Shown here: positions 1 through 10,639 of the stretch, piece after piece
How the letters are laid out: every line of letters begins with the position of its first letter
How positions within the stretch are numbered: position 1 is the stretch's first letter
DNA from: Octopus bimaculoides
Lineage: Eukaryota
NCBI RefSeq assembly: GCF_001194135.2
Contig: NC_068987.1
Coordinates: 5,773,875 to 5,810,646, forward strand
Direction of reading: 5' to 3'
Length of the DNA: 36,772 nucleotides
The notes under the pieces: generated by a model
What the model saw: the letters and a program-made list of their open reading frames with translations, nothing else
What the model was told of the DNA's origin: nothing
The model's database searches: none
Translations under genes and position numbers: made by a program

Positions 1-87
1 AGTAATTTTAAATATGTATACACATGTTCGTGTGTGACTAGAAATAAATAAGATTATATGAAACGGTTTCGGTTAGTGAGCATTCTT

Positions 88-126
88 TCTCTCTCTCTCT
101 CTCCCCCCTCTCTCCCCCCTCTCTCT

Positions 127-160
<34 letters not shown>

Positions 161-375
161 ATCTATCTGTCTGTCTGTCTAACTAACTGACTGTTTGTCT
201 ATTCATCTCTGTATCCATCCTTGGATAGATAGATAGATGAATAGACCTTTCTCTCTATCAACCTACTGATATTTCCGTCTATTTATCTTTGTCTCCCTGT
301 GTTTATACATATACTTTTCTATCCCCCACCCTCTCTCAACTTATCTGTCTCTCTCTCTCTCTCTCTCTCTCTGTA
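88..375. repeat. (CT)n/(CTAT)n/(CTGT)n compound microsatellite region
   Basis: Directly visible. Confidence 0.9.
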
Positions 376-795
376 TCTGTTAGTCTTTTTATCTATCTTT
401 TTCTCTATCTATCTAGGTTTATAAAATAATGCAATGTTTCATTGCTTTTTAAATCGCCTGTCATAATGTATTAAATCCTAATAAATATAAATTGTTAATC
501 TATAAATAAGGATTTCTAGATTATATACAATCCACAAATCTTAATATCGGGTTTACGAAATTATTTACGGTAGCCATAAAATAAGAATATTTCCCCCACC
601 TAAACATTAGTTTTCTTTAACAAAGATATACTATTCAGAAAAGTGAGTTGAGTTCGGTTGTTTATGTCCATTGAAGGTTCTGGTCGGGGGCTTCTGTTAG
701 AACTGAGTTTTACGATAGAATGATTGGCGGAGCTATGATGACTTGGAGCATGGTACAAAATACCCTGCGGTATGAACTTACATCCATGTAGGTTC

Positions 796-1027
796 TTATT
801 TCTTTATTACCCACAAGGGGATAAACATAGAGGGGACAAACAAGGACAGACAAAGGGATTAAGTCGATTACATCGACCCCAGTGCGTAACTGGTACTTAT
901 TTATTCGAACCCGAGAGGATGAAAGGCTAAGTCGACCTCGGCGGAATTTGAACTCAGAACGTAGCGGCAGACGAAATACCGCTAAGCATTTCGCCCAGCG
1001 TGCTAACGTTTCTGCCAGCACGCCGCC
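796..1027 (-). mobile_element. tRNA-derived SINE family A (Meta/MESC-like core), tail type 1
   Basis: Head ggcggc..ctggcagaaacgttagc, B-box gagttcaaattcc, core gcctttcatcct..gg.tcga.taaataagtaccag. 10-bp TSD tccatgtagg at 783-792 and 1030-1039. The Meta/MESC label is from recall. Confidence 0.85.
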
Positions 1028-1472
1028 TTTCCATGTAGGATGTAGATTCTGTGGTGAAATCCGTCCAAGTTACACTTGACCTGCCGTCTTCCATGGGTCC
1101 ATAAAATACAGCAATGCCTCGACTATCGCGGGTGTTACGTTCCCAAAAACCCACGATAGGTGAAAATCCACGGAGTAGAAACAGTACTGTATATTTTTTT
1201 TAAAATATTTTTATAATTTGTATATATTTATTTTATTATAAAGCGAATCACATAAGAATGGTTATTGAAAAGGTGATGATACTGGCGGTGCCCCAACATG
1301 GCCACAACTTTTCGGCTGTAACGCATGAAATCATATATATACATATACGTATGTATTTGTAAATTTACATACAATGACAACCCACTAAGCACATATACGT
1401 AAGTATGTACAAGTTTCGTGACGCAAACAGGAAAATAGGGCTCAAAACACGAACCACTGCACAGAACTCTCA

Positions 1473-1600
1473 GACCCAAGATCTTACGAACATGAACCAA
1501 CATTTTAACCACTGTTCCACAAACCGTCATTAGCTGTCTTTAATATTAAGTTCTATAATTGCTGCAGAAACATTAATATTAATATAAATAAATGTTGCAT
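1473..1600 (-). repeat. 128-bp inverted duplication arm (partner 4994-5121)
   Basis: Reverse complement matches 4994-5121 with 6 mismatches in 128 nt. Confidence 0.9.
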
Positions 1601-1812
1601 TTGAATTGCTCGCAGTAATTGATATAAATTACTTTTTGGAAAGCATCTTCGATGTTCTTTAACCTAAAGAGTATTTTGCAAAATTGATGTAATTTTATTT
1701 TCTATTAATTTCAAATGAAGTAAAGGATCAACCACCAGCTAGAAAAAAACAACAACAACAACAACTTGATAATGAACTTGTTTACATCTGAAGTCCAAAC
1801 AACTGGGAAAAA

Positions 1813-1947
1813 AACTGGCGATGAGGTAAGAAGTTTGCTCCGCAATCACATGGTTCCGGGTTCAGTACCATTGCGAGGTATATCTTGGACGGGCAGTCCA
1901 AAGCCTTGTTCGTGGATTTAGTAGACGAAAACTGAAAGAAATTCATC

Positions 1948-1955
<8 letters not shown>
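1813..1955 (+). mobile_element. SINE family B, 5' fragment
   Basis: Matches 12335-12495 with an internal deletion. Confidence 0.7.
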
Positions 1956-1982
<27 letters not shown>

Positions 1983-2050
1983 TAAATAATATATAAACAT
2001 ATGCATATATCCATACATATATGTACATACCTACATCTATATGTATACAT

Positions 2051-2262
2051 ACATGCATATATGGGTACAGGACATAAAAAAAAAACGTTAAACGCAATGA
2101 GAAACGAAAACATAAAGACGAAAACAGAAAACGAACTTTTTTCGAACAACGAAAAACACAAACAGAGAAACGAGACATGCAACATAAAGAGTATAACCCT
2201 TCGTCAGTTGTCCCTGTTCCGTCTACTCTGCGTTTCGAAAGCAAGGACAAAATATACAGTGG
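2051..2262 (-). mobile_element. Short repeat carrying permuted HHR plus T-rich 3' part
   Basis: Shares aaggg...ctttatgtt...gtc...tttt after the core with 19630-19670, followed by a T-rich tract ending in tgtcctgtacccatatatgcatgt. Confidence 0.5.
2197..2259 (-). ncRNA. Decayed permuted hammerhead-like motif (same family as 19570-19634)
   Basis: Minus strand: CUGUAUAUU-UUGUCC...CUUUC-GAAACGCAG...GGACAA-CUGACGA-A-GGG. Stem I 6 bp, stem II 3 bp, core intact. Stem III and the cleavage site are out of register and mutated. Confidence 0.5.
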
Positions 2263-2419
2263 GAGGAAATAAATATTCGTACATGTCAAAATTCTTTATT
2301 TATTTAATTTCTAATGAACATAAATTGGATATACCAATACTATATTTGCATACACATACATAAACTAAGAATATGCAAAAGAAACTAACTTAGATTTTTC
2401 TTGGGGTTAGCCAGATTGG

Positions 2420-2480
2420 AGCAGTCTCGAGTATAACCAGCCGAAACTGCTGAGAAGAACTGGAACTCGACTGAAGATAG
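2420..2480 (+). ncRNA. Hammerhead-like motif, same permuted order, different sequence family; stem II weak
   Basis: AGCAGU(2420-25)-C(2426)-UCGAGU(2427-32)...GAAACUGCU(2443-51)...ACUCGA(2465-70)-CUGAAGA(2471-77). Stem III 6 bp and stem I 6 bp are perfect, NUH=GUC. Stem II is supported only by G2480-C2441 in this copy. Confidence 0.55.
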
Positions 2481-2564
2481 AAAACTCCGAATGACTCGTC
2501 CTTGAATTTTCTTTCCCTTTTTGTATTCTTTTTTATATATACATGGTGCGGCGTACGTGCACTT

Positions 2565-3040
2565 TACATGTGTGTGTGTATTTGTATATGTATATGTCTG
2601 TGTGCCTTTTGTTTGTCCCCCCCCCCCAATATTGCTTGACAGGGCGGTGAGCTGGTAGAATCGTTAGCACGCCGGGCGAAATGCTTGGCGCTATTTGGTC
2701 TGCCGTTACGTTCTGAGTTTAAATTCCGCCGAGGTCTACTTTACCTTTCATCCTTTCGGGGGCGATTAAATGAGTACCGGTTACGCACTGGGGTCGATGT
2801 AATCGACTTAATCCCTTTGTCTGTCCTTCTTATTTGTCCCCTCTATGTTTAGCCAACTGTGGGCAATAAAGAAATAAATATTGCTTGACAAGCGATGCTG
2901 GTGTGTTTACGGTTCGGCAGAAGTGACCGATAGAATATGTACTAGGCTTACAAAGAATAAATCCTGTGGTCGATTTGCGCGACTAAAGGCGGTGCTCCAG
3001 CATGACCGCAGTCAAATGACTGAAACAAATAAAGAAAAAA
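2565..3040 (+). mobile_element. SINE family B, 3' half, interrupted by family A copy
   Basis: tttgtcccccc..ttgcttgaca | gatgctggtgtgtttac...ggcggtgctccagcatg..gcagtcaaatgactgaaac. Confidence 0.8.
2643..2880 (+). mobile_element. SINE family A, tail type 1, nested in a family B SINE
   Basis: Full head, core and tail. Perfect 14-bp TSD aatattgcttgaca at 2628-2641 and 2877-2890. Confidence 0.9.
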
Positions 3041-3436
3041 GAAAAGGATACGTAAAGTTCCGTACCATTCTATTTAATCAGCGCCTTTCATTGCGAAACG
3101 ACAAAGTACTTTCAGTCTAATAAAGGTAACGCAAATATCATCGTTGAAAATTCAATATTAAAATATTGTCATGAAGAATAACATCCCGAATTATAAGACT
3201 TCTAATTACTTTGTTGTGTGTCAAAGAACCCATAGCAATTATGCGAAATAGATTTAATAGGCAATTTCGTATTAATAGCAAGAGAGGTGAGTATAAAATT
3301 GTATTCCAGAACCAATTAAATTGTCAGCATCGTTATTAATTATTGTAATTGTAACAATTAGCATTTCAGGAGAATCAGCTGCAGATATATAAATGGCACT
3401 TGGGGATTCATTATTATTATTATTATTATTATTATC

Positions 3437-3467
<31 letters not shown>

Positions 3468-3494
3468 GAAAGGCATATATATATATGGGACAGA

Positions 3495-3973
3495 TTGGGC
3501 TGTTTGGTCAGAAGTTTACTTCTCGGTCACATGCTTCCGGGTTCACTCCCACTGTGTGGAACGTTAGACAAGTGTCTTCTACTATAGCCTTGGGTCGACC
3601 AAAGCCTCAACCCATCGTATATATATATATGTATATATGTATGTATATGTATGTATATATGTACTTATATATATATGTGTGTGTCTGCTCCAGCATAGCC
3701 GCAGTCAAATAACTGCAGAAACTAAACGAATAAAAGAATATATATATATATTCGCGTCTGCTTGTTGCCCATATCACCGCTTGACAACCAGTGTATGTGT
3801 GTTTATGTTCCCATAATCTAGCGATACGGGAAAAGAGATCGATGGGATACGTACCAGGTTTGAAATACAAGTATTGGGGTCGATTCGTTCGACTAAAAGA
3901 TTTGTTTTGAAGGCGGTGCCCCAACATGGCCGCAGTCTAATGTTTGAACCAAGTGAAAGAATAAAAGAATAAA
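3495..3973 (+). mobile_element. SINE family B, rearranged copies (5' part with short tail, then separate 3' half)
   Basis: Head and body at 3495-3620, 3' end motif at 3685-3740, second 3' half at 3760-3973. Confidence 0.7.
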
Positions 3974-4308
3974 TGAATTTGAGCCACGTGATTTTCACAC
4001 ATATTTTACAGAGCAATTCCATAGCCAGACAAATTCTGTCAACCGTGCAAATCACCACCACAAATAAAGCATTTATAATCCTTCTTAATATCAGCCAAAA
4101 TGAAGACATTAATTATTATTACATCGAACCATATTATAAAGAATCAGACAGCACAGCAGCAGAATATAATGTTGATTGGACATTATTGTAATTGCATTCA
4201 CCAGAATCTCTTTTAATGTTAGTACCTGTTGTGTTGTATCGAGTCCATGAGATGCCGCCTTGGGACAAATGCTACAGTAACTGGCCTATCGACAATGAAT
4301 ATACGTTC

Positions 4309-4492
4309 GTTTCAAATTTTCGCACAAAGTCAGCAAGATTGTCCCTGGTGTTCAAGTGGAACTTATCTTATCGACGCCGATAGGATGGAAGCTGAAGTTG
4401 GTTTCGCCGTAATTTGAAATCTGAGCGTAAAAATGGATGATACGTCGCTAAGTATTTTGTCTGGCATGCTTACGGTTGTGCCAGCTCGCTGC
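4309..4492 (-). mobile_element. SINE family A, degenerate, tail type 3
   Basis: Reverse complement shows the gcagcgagctggca head and the gtgc.aaaatttgaaac tail. Confidence 0.65.
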
Positions 4493-4514
4493 TTTCAGAT
4501 GTTTCATAAATATT

Positions 4515-4699
4515 GGTTTCAAATTTTGGCACAGGTTCAGCAAGCTCGGTGGCTTTGAGGCAAGTCGGTTACAGCGACCCCAGTGTTACGTATTTTAGCG
4601 ATGCTGACAGGATGAAAGGTAAAGATCGGCGGTTTCACCGAACTTTGAACTCAGGCCGTAAAGACGGATCAAATACCCTTAAGCATTTTGTCCGGCATG
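4515..4699 (-). mobile_element. SINE family A, degenerate, 5'-truncated at Helitron fragment
   Basis: ggtttcaaattttggcac tail and ggatgaaagg...tttgaactca core/B-box in reverse. Confidence 0.7.
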
Positions 4700-4993
4700 A
4701 ATGTGACATCAAAATCATATTGATATTGAATTCTTTGAAGAATGTCTTCACAAAGCTCTTCCTTGCATTTGTACCAAAGTTGTTTCGGATTTGACAATCC
4801 ACAGTTCACCAGCATTATGGAGAAGAGGCTTCTCAGCTGCATAAGAGGCTTGCATATTGGTGCCTTTCTCAGAGTGGTATCCCAGTGTGTATCATCTTCC
4901 AGAAGACCCCCTGAGGTGGCAAGGCTGGTGATATGTTAGACATACTGTGTTGTTAACCGTACGTAAGGCAGTAAATGATGTGGGTCCCTTGGC
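4700..4993 (-). pseudogene. Helitron RepHel fragment (Rep-helicase linker), one frameshift
   Basis: Translates to HAKGPTSFTALRTVNNTVCLTYHQPCHLRG/GLLEDDTHWDTTLRKAPICKPLMQLRSLFSIMLVNCGLSNPKQLWYKCKEELCEDILQRIQ. This matches the conserved GPTSF..LRTV..GLLEDD..W..QLR.LF..L..C..P..LW..L.EDI region of Helitron RepHel. Confidence 0.85.
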
Positions 4994-5121
4994 ATGCAAC
5001 ATTTATTTATATCAATATTAATGCTTCTGCAGCAATTATAGAACTTGATATTAAAGACAGCTAATGGCGGTTTGTGGAGCAGTGGTTAAAATGTTGGTTC
5101 ATCTTCGTAAGATCTTGGGTC
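4994..5121 (+). repeat. 128-bp inverted duplication arm (partner 1473-1600)
   Basis: Includes ~70 nt of AT-rich flank plus an old tRNA-like SINE head. Confidence 0.9.
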
Positions 5122-5414
5122 GATTGCTGTTTTGTGTTTAGGTTGGACGCATTTTTCGTATAAGAGAAGCCGTAGATGGTAGCACTCAGAGTAGTTGGGA
5201 TTGACACTGGAGACAAATTCGACACCTTCCTTGTAGGCATGGTTATTTACGGATGTAGAAATACATCGGTACAGATTGTGAACAATGAAAGCTCGCTGAC
5301 TTAACAGTGCCTATACATTAAATATTCTATATAAGAGGTTATTTTTGTTCCCTGTTTTCAAGTGAAATCTTTGATGTACAGCATTCTGTTGTAAATACAC
5401 AATGGTGAAGTCAA

Positions 5415-5724
5415 GTGGCTTAGTGGTCAGGATATTGTAGTTAGCATCATACGTTTGTGAGTTCGATACCTACCGATACATTGTGTCCGTGAGCAAGACA
5501 GCTTATTTCACGTTGCTCCAGTTCACTCATCTGGCAAAAACGAGTTTCACTTATAATTCAAAGAACCAGCCTTGCCTCACTGCGTGTCACGCTGGATCTC
5601 CCTGAGAACTACGTTAAGGGTACACGTGTCTGTGGACTGCTCAGCCATTTGCACATTAATTTTACGAGCAGGCTGTTTCGTTGATCGGATCAATTGGAAC
5701 CCTCGTCGTCATATCCAACGGAGT
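5415..5724 (+). mobile_element. tRNA-derived SINE family C
   Basis: gtggcttagtgg head, gagttcgat B-box, gtgtcc.tgagcaagac..tatttc.c.ttgctccagt body. Aligns over its full length with 31854-32170. Confidence 0.8.
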
Positions 5725-6175
5725 ATTAGATTTGTTTTTGTTTTATTATACAACGAGGGCATCATTTATGCCACCTTCACAATCATCCAATGCAAAAATA
5801 CTGCAAAACAATCGTGGTTCACTGTAGAATGTCGTAAGCACCAATAAAAAGCGTGACCCATCTCCGTGCTTCTTGCGAGTTACCAAAACGAAATCCTCAA
5901 AACCTCTATTTACTTATTGTACACTGGTTCCATGCATTATTAGACGATATCGCATGGTGTAATTTGTTCATGGATGATTCGAGAAATATGGTTTAACAAT
6001 TCTTTGTTTCCCTTCGTCATTGTGGATTTAGTTGAAAAATGTTGAAAGGTGGCATAGCAATGTGACCACCCAAGCTGAATTTGTAAATAAGAAGTAGTGA
6101 CTATCAAATAATGTTGGCCTTAGAAATATTTCCATGTTTATTGTTAGTTTTATTATTGTTGTTGATATTTTGTTC

Positions 6176-6354
6176 ATGATGATGATGATGATGATGATGA
6201 TGACGTTGTTTATGTGGTGGTGGTGGTCGCCGTCGTTATTGGGCTTCTTCTTCTTCTTCTTCTTCTTCTTCTTCTTCTTCTTCTTCTCCTCCTCCTCTTC
6301 TACGCTCCCCTCCTCCTCTTCTACGCTCCCCCTCCTCCTCATCTTCATCATCCA

Positions 6355-6445
<91 letters not shown>
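6176..6445. repeat. Compound trinucleotide array (GAT/GGT/CTT/CCT/CAT/TAT)
   Basis: Directly visible. Source of the poly-M, poly-K, poly-H and poly-N ORFs. Confidence 0.95.
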
Positions 6446-7096
6446 GCTGCTGTTTGCTGGAAGTGATGTTGTGTTTCGGTTTATTGACACAGTCTTACAT
6501 CTGTTACCGAACGTTCTGCATAAGATATACCTCCGGGTGACAGCAATAACTGTGATCATAGAAACAGCAATAAAAACTGTTTCACATGACTCGATCGGAA
6601 CGCTGGAACAATTTGCTGAATACATTATGAAAGCAAGAAGTCAATCCGAAAGTTACATTCAGTCATTCGAATCCATGGGAATTTCTATTGTCTTTCTGTA
6701 TTTGATTGCTGTAGCAGCCCATGTGAACCGTACCTGATATTGCATTTTAAACACGGCACACATACAAACGTAGCACGTTTTAAAATTCATCACGTTCGTG
6801 TTATCTCACAAGAACAATTAAGTTTACAATGCAATACGGTTAATGATTCCTCAGAGAAAATTCCAAACATTTTTTTCCCTCTCACAAATCACATTCGGGT
6901 GGGTGTTTCCTCAAATCAAAGATATAATAGGAGATGTGTACTGCTGAAGCGAACCCGAAACAACACAGCTACAAAGAAAACGTCTAAACCACATAACCAT
7001 GCTTGAACCTAATGCAACTGCCGTAGTGGTGGCCATTGTTTAACCATTAGGATTGTCTCTTGAACAAACAGAATTCAGAATTATACTTACTGGTAA

Positions 7097-7240
7097 TGTC
7101 GGTTTCAAATTTTGGCTCAATGTCTGCAAGTTCATGGGATAGATTAAATCGATTACATCGACCCCAGTGTTCAACTGGTTATTTATTTTATCGACCCGGA
7201 AATGATGAAAGGCAAATTCGATCTCAGCGGATGTTTCTGA
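7097..7240 (-). mobile_element. SINE family A, 3' part
   Basis: ggtttcaaattttggc...gattacatcgaccccagtg...gatgaaaggcaa. Confidence 0.75.
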
Positions 7241-7254
7241 TATATTTACGTGGA

Positions 7255-7468
7255 AGGCAGCGAGTTGGCAGAATGGTTAACACAACAGGAGAAATGTTGA
7301 GCACCATTTCGGTCATCTTTACATTCTGAGTTCAAATTCTGCCGAGGCCGATTTTGCCATTCATTCCTTCGTGGTCGATAGAATAAGTACCAGTTGAGTG
7401 ATAGGGGTCGATCTAATCGACTTGCCCCTTCTCCTGAAGATGTTGTCCTTGTGCCAAAATTTGGAATC
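7255..7468 (+). mobile_element. SINE family A, full length, degenerate
   Basis: ggcagcgagttggcagaa...ttctgagttcaaattctgccgagg...aagtaccagtt...ccttgtgccaaaatttggaa. Confidence 0.8.
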
Positions 7469-7554
7469 AGCATCTTATTTGTCTAGATGCAAAGAATTTC
7501 GTTCCTGTAGCTTTTCTTATCCCTGTTAATGAAATGGCTATTGTCTTATATCCC

Positions 7555-7775
7555 CTTCTTGTTTCAGTCATTGGACTCCAATCATGCTGGGACGCCACCT
7601 TAAATGATTCAGTCGAAAAATGCGATTCCAGTACTTATTTAAAAGTTTTATACTATCGTGTCTGTTACCGAACCGTTAAGTTATGAAAGCGTTACGAAAC
7701 CAACACTGATCATCAAGCGGTGTATGTGGGGACGGTGAGAGGGAATGGGGCAAACACAAACAAAAATACACACAC
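7555..7775 (-). mobile_element. SINE family B, 3' half, degenerate
   Basis: tgtttcagtcatt.gact..catgctgg...accgaaccg.taagtta...caagcg. Confidence 0.65.
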
Positions 7776-7924
7776 AAAATCTTTGGTTCAAATGAGCTTC
7801 TTAGCGACACAACCGTACCTGGAACTACGGCTCTGCTTGCGCTCTTGTTTGCTATTGGTTGCTGTTGAATATTTATAGCTGTTGGTAATTTTCTTATTTT
7901 CTTTGTGAAACTCTTATCGTTTAT

Positions 7925-7977
7925 ATTGTAGTATTGTGGATATACAGGATTGTAGTATTGTGGATATACAGGATTGT
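7925..7977. repeat. Perfect 24-bp tandem duplication (2.2 units)
   Basis: attgtagtattgtggatatacagg x2 + attgt. Confidence 0.95.
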
Positions 7978-8144
7978 CAGATATATTCATTTGATCATTT
8001 TAATCCACTCCAATGTTATTCGAATTAACACGAAAGATATTTTTGTCGCAGTGTTTAATAGGATTTTGTAGCGCTATTGTTCCGCTACAAGATTTATTTA
8101 TTGATTTAGAAATTCGTAAAAATACTTTACCTTATTTTTTCCAG

Positions 8145-8283
8145 CCATATGACAATGGAGCGCCAAGCAGAAAACAAAAAGATAATCAAAAACGAAGGAA
8201 TTTATCTGACAACCCAAACGATGTGTTTGCTGTTTTAATGAATTTAAATAGAAGGACCGTAGACAACGAAAATGTGAGAGAAG
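8145..8283 (+). CDS. Candidate internal exon of unknown gene (unverified)
   Basis: Acceptor cttattttttccag and donor AAG|gtataa. Only phase 0 is open: PYDNGAPSRKQKDNQKRRNLSDNPNDVFAVLMNLNRRTVDNENVRE. No recognised homology. Confidence 0.2.
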
Positions 8284-10585
8284 GTATAAGCTAACGGAAT
8301 AACGGACGCGATAGACTCAGGTCCAGAGTTCAGATCGTGTTAGAGGGTTAGAAAAGAATGAGCGATAAATAGAGAAAGGGAGTTGGTGATGCTGTATGTA
8401 ATTTGGGATGGAGCGTGAAGGAAACGTATTTAGGAAATTGCTTCATCAGTCTAATGTAAATAGAGTCTATAAATAGTAAATAAGAATAAATAAAGCTGTT
8501 GAAAGAGGGGATGATTAGAGAGAGTGAGTTAGTTAGGGATTGTGAGGGAGGAGGAGGAGGATATGGTGGTGGAAATCTTGTTTAGAGTGAATTAGGAAGG
8601 AGGGGGTTGTAGAGGTTTATAGAGAAGGTCGATAGGAGAAAGAGAAAAGCAGTAATGTGCAGAGCTAGTGATGTACTTATAGAGGGATGGTGAGAGATAG
8701 ATAAATAGATAGAGAGAGAGAAAGAGAGAGACGGAAAGAGAGAGAGACACTGAAAGACAGAGAGTGAAGTTGGAAGACAGAAAGTGACAGGAAAAATGGG
8801 ACTGAGGAACTGAGAGTGAATAAGGGGGAGACAGTTGGGGGTTAACATTTAGGAAGGAAAGTAAATGAACAGTAGGGTGGTAGTGGTGGTGGTGGTGGCG
8901 AACAGGAATCAAAGGTAAAGTGGAAACGAGAGATTAAGATGATAGTGCGGTGGGTGGGGTGGATGTGGTGGGGTGGCGGTAGTGAGTTGNNNNNNNNNNN
9001 NNNNNNNNNNNNNNNNNNNNNNNNNNNNNNNNNNNNNNNNNNNNNNNNNNNNNNNNNNNNNNNNNNNNNNNNNNNNNNNNNNNNNNNNNNNNNNNNNNNN
9101 NNNNNNNNNNNNNNNNNNNNNNNNNNNNNNNNNNNNNNNNNNNNNNNNNNNNNNNNNNNNNNNNNNNNNNNNNNNNNNNNNNNNNNNNNNNNNNNNNNNN
9201 NNNNNNNNNNNNNNNNNNNNNNNNNNNNNNNNNNNNNNNNNNNNNNNNNNNNNNNNNNNNNNNNNNNNNNNNNNNNNNNNNNNNNNNNNNNNNNNNNNNN
9301 NNNNNNNNNNNNNNNNNNNNNNNNNNNNNNNNNNNNNNNNNNNNNNNNNNNNNNNNNNNNNNNNNNNNNNNNNNNNNNNNNNNNNNNNNNNNNNNNNNNN
9401 NNNNNNNTATATATATTCAATATCTATCTATCTCTCTAGCGATCTATTTCTCTCTCTCTCTCTCTCATATATGTGTGCGCGCGTGTGTGTATTTATACGT
9501 TGCACGTATGTATATATGGATGGGAGAGAAACCACTTCAAAGACAAAGGAAATGAATGAAAAAAAGAACTAGTGTTATAAAACGAATAATTATAAGATAT
9601 GGTAAGGGTGGGGAGATAGAGAGGTAGATAGATACATACATACATATATACATAGAGAGGGAGAGGGAGAGAGGAATGATTCTGATCAACAATAGAATGT
9701 AAGAGTAATGGAATAATGAGTTGATAAGCATACACCTTAATGAGAAGATAAAGAAATGATCACAGAGAATCATTTATCAAAGATATATAGTTAGCTAGAG
9801 ACTGATGAGGTGACATACACAAAAACCTGCATATACACAAATACACACACACACACACACACACACGCACAGATAGTCTGAAATGCACATAAGCACTCAC
9901 ACACCTACATATCACAAACATGTGCAGACATAAGCATTCTCTCACATGCATATATATATATANNNNNNNNNNNNNNNNNNNNNNNNNNNNNNNNNNNNNN
10001 NNNNNNNNNNNNNNNNNNNNNNNNNNNNNNNNNNNNNNNNNNNNNNNNNNNNNNNNNNNNNNNNNNNNNNNNNNNNNNNNNNNNNNNNNNNNNNNNNNNN
10101 NNNNNNNNNNNNNNNNNNNNNNNNNNNNNNNNNNNNNNNNNNNNNNNNNNNNNNNNNNNNNNNNNNNNNNNNNNNNNNNNNNNNNNNNNNNNNNNNNNNN
10201 NNNNNNNNNNNNNNNNNNNNNNNNNNNNNNNNNNNNNNNNNNNNNNNNNNNNNNNNNNNNNNNNNNNNNNNNNNNNNNNNNNNNNNNNNNNNNNNNNNNN
10301 NNNNNNNNNNNNNNNNNNNNNNNNNNNNNNNNNNNNNNNNNNNNNNNNNNNNNNNNNNNNNNNNNNNNNNNNNNNNNNNNNNNNNNNNNNNNNNNNNNNN
10401 NNNNNNNNNNNNNNNNNNNNNNNNNNNNNNNNNNNNNNNNNNNNNNNNNNNNNNNNNNNNNNNNNNNNNNNNNNNNNNNNNNNNNNNNNNNNNNNNNNNN
10501 NNNNNNNNNNNNNNNNNNNNNNNNNNNNNNNNNNNNNNNNNNNNNNNNNNNNNNNNNNNNNNNNNNNNNNNNNNNNNNNNNNNNN

Positions 10586-10639
<54 letters not shown>

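Noticed and set aside
6028-6737. Long ORFs with poly-M/K/L/H/N tracts
   Set aside because: Products of the trinucleotide array. The unique flanks show no coherent exon structure.
8860-8989. G-rich tract, possible G-quadruplex
   Set aside because: Mostly GGT microsatellite next to a gap, common in this genome, with no functional context.
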